Positions 56,835-64,000 of a stretch of 64,000 nt of DNA are shown here, piece by piece; the stretch's first letter is position 1, and each line of letters opens with the position of its first letter. Both the position numbers and the translations under genes were made by a program. The notes under the pieces are model-generated. The model did not search any database. It saw nothing but the letters and a program-made list of their open reading frames with translations, and was not told where the DNA came from. This stretch comes from an uncultured delta proteobacterium (lineage in GTDB: Bacteria; Myxococcota_A; Polyangia; Polyangiales; Houyiibacteriaceae): the NCBI GenBank assembly GCA_963699755.1, contig CAVOVB010000003.1, positions 32,001-96,000 of the forward strand, in the 5' to 3' direction.

Positions 56835-58628
56835 TCATTCGCTCATTTCTTCGAGCAAGATTCCCGGATTCAGAACCCAGTTGGGGTCGAGCGTCGACTT
56901 CAGCCCGGCGAGCATCGCCTCAAACAGCTCGCCTCGTTCGCGCTCGTACCAGAGACGATGGTCGCGTCCCACAGCGTGGTGGTGGGTGATCGTGCCGCCG
57001 TGCTCGATGACAGCGTCGGACACGGCCTCTTTGATCGCGTCCCAGGTTTGCAGCTGTCTGCCGCGCTCGGCCCAGGCGAGGATCGTGTAGTACGGCGCAG
57101 GCCCGTCCGGATAGATGTGCGTGAATCGAACGGTGATGAGGCCGCGCCCGCGACAATGCGCGTCGAACGCCTTCTCTGCGGCGCTGAGGACTTCGCGGTG
57201 AAAGTGCTCGAACCGATCCCAGGTCACCGCTGTCTCGAAGGTCTCCGAGATCATGCCTTTTTTGGCCATGACGTCTCGGATGTACGGCGCCTTGATGAAG
57301 TTGTTCCGCCAGTTGCCCGCCGAACCCGAGCGCACGGTCGACTCGGTGTGCCTGACCTTCCGTCGGTTCCACCGCCCTCCGTGATCGCGGCAGACCTCGA
57401 GGGCCTGGGCCATCGTCTCCTGCTGCAGGTAGTGCTCCGACTCGAAGCCAAGCAGCAAAATCGCATGACGCCCGTCGCCAAGCCCCATCCCGACAGCTTC
57501 AATCGGGCTCACCAAGCGGCAGTTCACCGGATACAGCTTGCCTTGGGAGAGTGCGCGCACCGCCCTGGCACCCTGCACGAAGTCTTCGAACTTCACGGTT
57601 GCTGAGGATCGATAGCGCGGGCGTGCGTGGAGGCGAATCCACGCTTCGGTGATGATTCCGAGCGTCCCCTCGGAGCCTAGCCAGAGTCGTTCCTGGCTTG
57701 GCCCGGCGCCGGAGGCTGGCAGTCGGCGCGTCGTGTGGATTCCCTTGGGCGTGACGACACGCACGGATTCAACGATGTCATCGATGTGCGTGTACAGGGT
57801 GCAGTAGTGTCCACCGGCGCGCGTTGCAATCCAGCCGCCCAGGGTCGAAAACTCGAAGCTCTGCGGATAGAACCGAGGGCTCAGACCGTAGGGCTTGAGT
57901 GTCGCCTCGAGTGCGGGTCCAAGGATTCCAGCTTGCGCGCGAGCGGCCCGCGACAACTCGTCGACCTCGAGCACCCGATCGAAGTTGCGCATGTCGAGTG
58001 AAATGGCACCCCGGTACTGCTCCGATCTCGTGGGCTCGACTCCGCCGACGACGCTCGTGCCACCACCAAAGGGCGTCAGGCTGACCTGCTCTGCTTCACA
58101 GAACCGGATGAGGCCGAGGATCTGCTCCTCGGTGTCTGGAAAGGCAACGTAGTCGGTCGGATTGTCGTACTGGCCGTGCAGGCCGCGCACGATGTCACGA
58201 TAGGATTTGCCGTAGCTGTGGGAGACTCGCTCGAGCTTGTCGTCCGTGCAGAACGCAGCGAGGTCTTCTGGCAGCTCAAAGCGGGGCGCGCGCAGCTCGA
58301 CGCATTCGATGCGGGGCGCGGGAATGTCTTGGTACTCCTCCAGGCCGAAGCGAGCCTTCAAAAACTCGAGGAAGACCTCCATCATCATCGGCTCTGGGCC
58401 TTCGCCCTCGTAGCCCCATCCCCAAAAACTGCGCTGTCGCGGGCCGTCTTGTTTCTTGGCGCGGCCGCCGCGGCCGACCAACGCCGCGAGTGCGTTCTTC
58501 GCTGCCCGCAGATCTTCGAGAGGCTTCCCCGAGCGCTGCGCGTTCCATTCGCCCGCGTGTCCGGCAAGCACGCGGCCTACTGCCAGGAGAAGCTGTTTTT
58601 GATCGTCGTTGGGCAGTATCGAGCGCAC
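56835..58628 (-). CDS. FAD-binding oxidoreductase (alkyl-DHAP synthase-like, VAO/PCMH family)
   Basis: PFGGGTSVVGG, PQSFEFSTLGGWIATR, GSEGTLGII, GTITHHHAVG, LDPNWVLNPG. Confidence 0.9.
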   Translation of the reverse strand: MRSILPNDDQKQLLLAVGRVLAGHAGEWNAQRSGKPLEDLRAAKNALAALVGRGGRAKKQDGPRQRSFWGWGYEGEGPEPMMMEVFLEFLKARFGLEEYQDIPAPRIECVELRAPRFELPEDLAAFCTDDKLERVSHSYGKSYRDIVRGLHGQYDNPTDYVAFPDTEEQILGLIRFCEAEQVSLTPFGGGTSVVGGVEPTRSEQYRGAISLDMRNFDRVLEVDELSRAARAQAGILGPALEATLKPYGLSPRFYPQSFEFSTLGGWIATRAGGHYCTLYTHIDDIVESVRVVTPKGIHTTRRLPASGAGPSQERLWLGSEGTLGIITEAWIRLHARPRYRSSATVKFEDFVQGARAVRALSQGKLYPVNCRLVSPIEAVGMGLGDGRHAILLLGFESEHYLQQETMAQALEVCRDHGGRWNRRKVRHTESTVRSGSAGNWRNNFIKAPYIRDVMAKKGMISETFETAVTWDRFEHFHREVLSAAEKAFDAHCRGRGLITVRFTHIYPDGPAPYYTILAWAERGRQLQTWDAIKEAVSDAVIEHGGTITHHHAVGRDHRLWYERERGELFEAMLAGLKSTLDPNWVLNPGILLEEMSE

Positions 58629-58822
58629 GGTCCTGACCTTCCTATCGTAGGGGACGATCGTTCTAGCAGAGGACGCACCCCCGCTGGAAGTCTGATCCCT
58701 TGGGGTGGCCGATCGCCCCGCGCAAAGGCGTTTCTGCATCCACCGCGGCAAACTTACAGGTGCCCCTACGCGAGGCTTGTGGGACAGTGGCCAGAGCAGC
58801 GCAAGAAGCCAAAGGCAGAGTC

Positions 58823-61087
<2,265 letters not shown>

Positions 61088-61349
61088 GCTCGCCATGAGC
61101 CGATGAGCCCGGTTGGACGGGGCGTTACGTGTCGTCTGGGAACGTAACGTGCATGGAAGAGGCCCAGTTGGATCGTCAGTCGGGCCTTTCGTTTGGCCTC
61201 GAAACCGAGGTTGCCGTCATTGAAAGTTTGTTCAGCCGATGACGGAAGTCCTCCGATTCCCGGCCCAGGACACCTGTTTCGTGCGCCCGCCGCAGATGAA
61301 GAAATACGTATAGACACGCGCGTCAAATGGGTGTTCTCTCTAATGCTCC

Positions 61350-61766
61350 ATGAACATTCCAGCGCGATTGCTACAGCAGCTCGTCTCGGACCGACGGATG
61401 CGCAAATGCGACAGCAAGACGACGGACCTTCGAGCCGAGCTAAGCAGGGCGCTCAAGGCTGATCGCTTGGACCAGGCGCTCGACCTTTACGATCTGATCG
61501 AGCGGCACAAGCCGGATGAGCCCCGCTGGGCGCACCGCAAGGGCGATCTATTGCGGCGAATGGGGCGCAGCGACGACGCGGTCCTCGCGTACGAGCGCGC
61601 GGTGCGCCTCTATTCGGCCCGGGGCTTCGATGCGCGCGCCGTCGCAACGGCGAGGCTGATCTTGGCGATCGACCCAAGCAAGGGCGCAGTGCTCGACTGG
61701 GCGGACGCCGAAGCCAAGCGCCGATCGGAGGGACAGAGCCGGAACGCGTTCCAGCTGAGCTGCTGA
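61350..61766 (+). CDS. TPR-like hypothetical protein
   Basis: KGDLLRRMGRSDDAVLAYERA...ILAIDP helical repeat pattern. Confidence 0.65.
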   Translation: MNIPARLLQQLVSDRRMRKCDSKTTDLRAELSRALKADRLDQALDLYDLIERHKPDEPRWAHRKGDLLRRMGRSDDAVLAYERAVRLYSARGFDARAVATARLILAIDPSKGAVLDWADAEAKRRSEGQSRNAFQLSC

Positions 61767-61798
61767 AGATCTGCCCGGCGACTTGAAGGAGTTGATCC

Positions 61799-62113
61799 GT
61801 GTCCGATGTCCCCTGCTTCATGATCGCCAATTTCGTGATTCACGATGCCGACGCCTACAGGAAGTACGAGAAGGGGTTCTTTCCAATCCTGAAGCGACAT
61901 GGCGGCGAGTTTTTCACCTACGACGACAGCAGCGACACGCTCGAGGGCTCTTCACCGCGCCCGGGTCGCATCGTGATCTTCAAGTTCCCGTCCGAAGAAA
62001 ATGCGCGCGCTTGGTGGGCCGACCCAGACTATCAGGCCCTTTCCGAGCACCGCCGCGCCGGCACCAGCATGGAATTCCTCACCCTCGTGCACGGCCTGCC
62101 GCCGCGGAAATAG
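61799..62113 (+). CDS. DUF1330 family protein
   Basis: YRKY...HGGEF...LEG...RIVIFKFPSEENARAWWADPDYQ...HRRAG. Confidence 0.88.
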   Translation: MSDVPCFMIANFVIHDADAYRKYEKGFFPILKRHGGEFFTYDDSSDTLEGSSPRPGRIVIFKFPSEENARAWWADPDYQALSEHRRAGTSMEFLTLVHGLPPRK

Positions 62114-62273
62114 TCCGCCCGGGGGCTTGCTAGTTTCGGCTCGGGTGGTCTATTCGAGGAACGACTCCTGCGGTATTCCACTCGAAGACGCATCGAGCGG
62201 CCGCTTCGAGCCCATTCGCCGATCACGCCGACCCCTGGTCTGGTACGCTCGGCCCAAGTAGGGAACGGGAAGC

Positions 62274-63056
62274 ATGCGCCCCCAGATCATCAAGATCTCA
62301 GACGATTTCTGGAACATTCGTGGGTCGTTCAAGATCGGCGGCCTCATCGACATCGGCACGCAAGCGTCCCTGGTCCGGCGAGGCAGCGGCCGCTTTGTCT
62401 TCCTCGATTCGTACGCGTTCAGCGGTGAGGTCGAGCGCGAGGTCCTCGAGCGCACCAATGGCGGCAAGGACGTCGAGGCGATCTTGAACGTGCACCCCTT
62501 CCACACGGTCCATGCGCGCAAGATGCACGAGCAGTTTCCGGAAGCCAGGCTCTATGGAACCGCGCGGCACCTGTCCCGATTCCCCGAGCTTCCCTGGGAA
62601 GCGGAGCGCACAGAGGACCCGGCGCTCCACGCGATGTTTTCAGACGACTTCGACTTTTCCATTCCGCGCGGCGTCGATTTCATCTCTTCCAACGAGAACG
62701 TTCACTTCTCGTCGGTGCTCGTCCTGCATCGCGCCTCCAAGACGATTCACGTCGACGACACGCTCATGTACATCCGCTGGCCTAAGGCGGCGCGGCTGCT
62801 CGGCCGGACGGATTCGATGCGCTTTCACCCAACGCTCGGAAAGGCACTGGAAGAACGGTCTGGCGCCGCGCGCGACTTCCGGCACTGGGCCGAGGAGCTC
62901 GCCGAACGTTGGCGAGATGCTGAGAACCTTTGCGCCGCCCACACCGCGACGCTCATCGGGGAGAGCAATCGAGGCGCCTCGATTCACGATCGCGTCCTGG
63001 AGGCGCTCGTCAAGACGAGCCGCGCGTTGAAGGCGCACAAACGGAAGTACGGCTAG
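62274..63056 (+). CDS. Conserved hypothetical protein (DUF4336/MBL-like)
   Basis: FWNIRGSFKIGG, ILNVHPFHTVH, IHVDDTL, LCAAH. Confidence 0.7.
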   Translation: MRPQIIKISDDFWNIRGSFKIGGLIDIGTQASLVRRGSGRFVFLDSYAFSGEVEREVLERTNGGKDVEAILNVHPFHTVHARKMHEQFPEARLYGTARHLSRFPELPWEAERTEDPALHAMFSDDFDFSIPRGVDFISSNENVHFSSVLVLHRASKTIHVDDTLMYIRWPKAARLLGRTDSMRFHPTLGKALEERSGAARDFRHWAEELAERWRDAENLCAAHTATLIGESNRGASIHDRVLEALVKTSRALKAHKRKYG

Positions 63057-63066
63057 GGAGGATTCC

Positions 63067-64000
63067 ATGCGGGCAGCGATTCTCGACAAGCACGGCACCA
63101 TCGACAGCCTGAGGATCGGCGACATCGAGCCGCCCAAGCTCACGCCGAACACGATTTTGGTTCGCGTGCGCGCTGCCTCGATCAATCCAGCCGACCTCAA
63201 GGTGATCCGTGGCAAGGATGGCGGCGGGTTTCTTCATGCCAAGAATTTCCCAACCGCGATCGGCTTCGATTTCAGTGGGGTCGTCGAGCAGGTCGGCGCG
63301 AGGGCCCAAGGGCGGGAGCTTGGCGACGAGGTGTTTGGACATCTCGCCTATTCTCCCACGACCAAGCAGGGAAGCTTTGCCGAGCTCGTGGCGGTGAAGC
63401 CCGAGAGCGTGGGGCTCAAGCCGCCGAGCGTGAGCCACGAGGAAGCGGCGGCCGCGGCCACGGTTGGCTGCACCGCGCTTCAAGGTCTCCGCGATAGAGG
63501 AGGCTTGAAACCAGGCCAGCGCGTCTTGGTGAACGGCGCCTCGGGCGGTGTCGGGAGCTACGCGGTTCAGATCGCCACGGCACTCGGCGCCGAAGTGGTG
63601 GGGACGGCAAGCGCGGCCAAGGCCAGCTTCGTGCGCAGCCTCGGCGTCGACGAAGTCATCGACTACCGACAAACCCCGCTCTCGTCCTTGAACCGAACCT
63701 TCGACCTATTCCTCGACGCCGCTGCGACGTCTTCGTTTGGAGAGGCGAAACCGCTCCTCAACCGGGGTGGGGCCTACGTCACCCTGCTGCCGTCTGCCTC
63801 CCTCTTCGGAGCGATGCTACTGAGCCTATTCTCGAGCAAACGCTGCAGGTTCGTTACGGTTCAGTCGCGCGCCGCGGACCTCGAGCAACTCGCCGCCTGG
63901 ATGGTCTCGGGCGAGCTAAAGGCATCGGTGGAAGAGACCTTCCCGTTGTCCGACCTGAGCATCGCGCTCTCGGCGCTCGATTCCGGCAGCGTTCGCGGCA
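63067..64000 (+). CDS. NADP-dependent MDR-family (quinone reductase-like) oxidoreductase, runs off the right edge
   Basis: From ATG 63067: MRAAILDKHG...VRVRAASINPADLK...GFDFSGVV...LVNGASGGVGSYAVQIA. Not in the ORF track because it has no stop in the window. Confidence 0.9.
   Translation, partial: MRAAILDKHGTIDSLRIGDIEPPKLTPNTILVRVRAASINPADLKVIRGKDGGGFLHAKNFPTAIGFDFSGVVEQVGARAQGRELGDEVFGHLAYSPTTKQGSFAELVAVKPESVGLKPPSVSHEEAAAAATVGCTALQGLRDRGGLKPGQRVLVNGASGGVGSYAVQIATALGAEVVGTASAAKASFVRSLGVDEVIDYRQTPLSSLNRTFDLFLDAAATSSFGEAKPLLNRGGAYVTLLPSASLFGAMLLSLFSSKRCRFVTVQSRAADLEQLAAWMVSGELKASVEETFPLSDLSIALSALDSGSVRG

Overview
High-GC bacterial DNA, probably Myxococcota (inferred from many Gly-rich-linker lipoproteins and CGNG-x-DPGE-x-CD Cys-rich repeats). 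There are three zones. (1) 1-15 kb is a decaying accessory zone: the 5' end of uppP, several gene fragments, a dead IS with terminal inverted repeats, and intact cargo genes (GH26, MBL hydrolase, P450/TetR, metallophosphoesterase). It is punctuated by four co-oriented ~76-bp repeats. Each reads on the minus strand as a conserved protein C-terminus and ends in the 3' end of initiator tRNA-Met; three are followed by a terminator-like hairpin. A truncated tRNA-fMet relic stops exactly where the repeat core begins, so this looks like a tandem att-site/cassette array. (2) ~16-54 kb is a large beta-1,3-glucan (laminarin-type) locus: GH16 x2, GH17 x4, a GH158-like enzyme, GH1, GH149 phosphorylase, GH5, two MFS transporters, ppc, and a ROK repressor with four visible palindromic operators. 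No SusC/SusD or TonB receptor is present in the window. Instead there is a GH-A TIM barrel fused to a probable outer-membrane beta-barrel, followed by lipoproteins, and a ~200-aa domain I do not recognise that occurs four times, once circularly permuted with Cys at the new termini. (3) 54-64 kb holds ordinary oxidoreductases and small hypotheticals. Family calls come from motif recognition by eye; no database searches were run.
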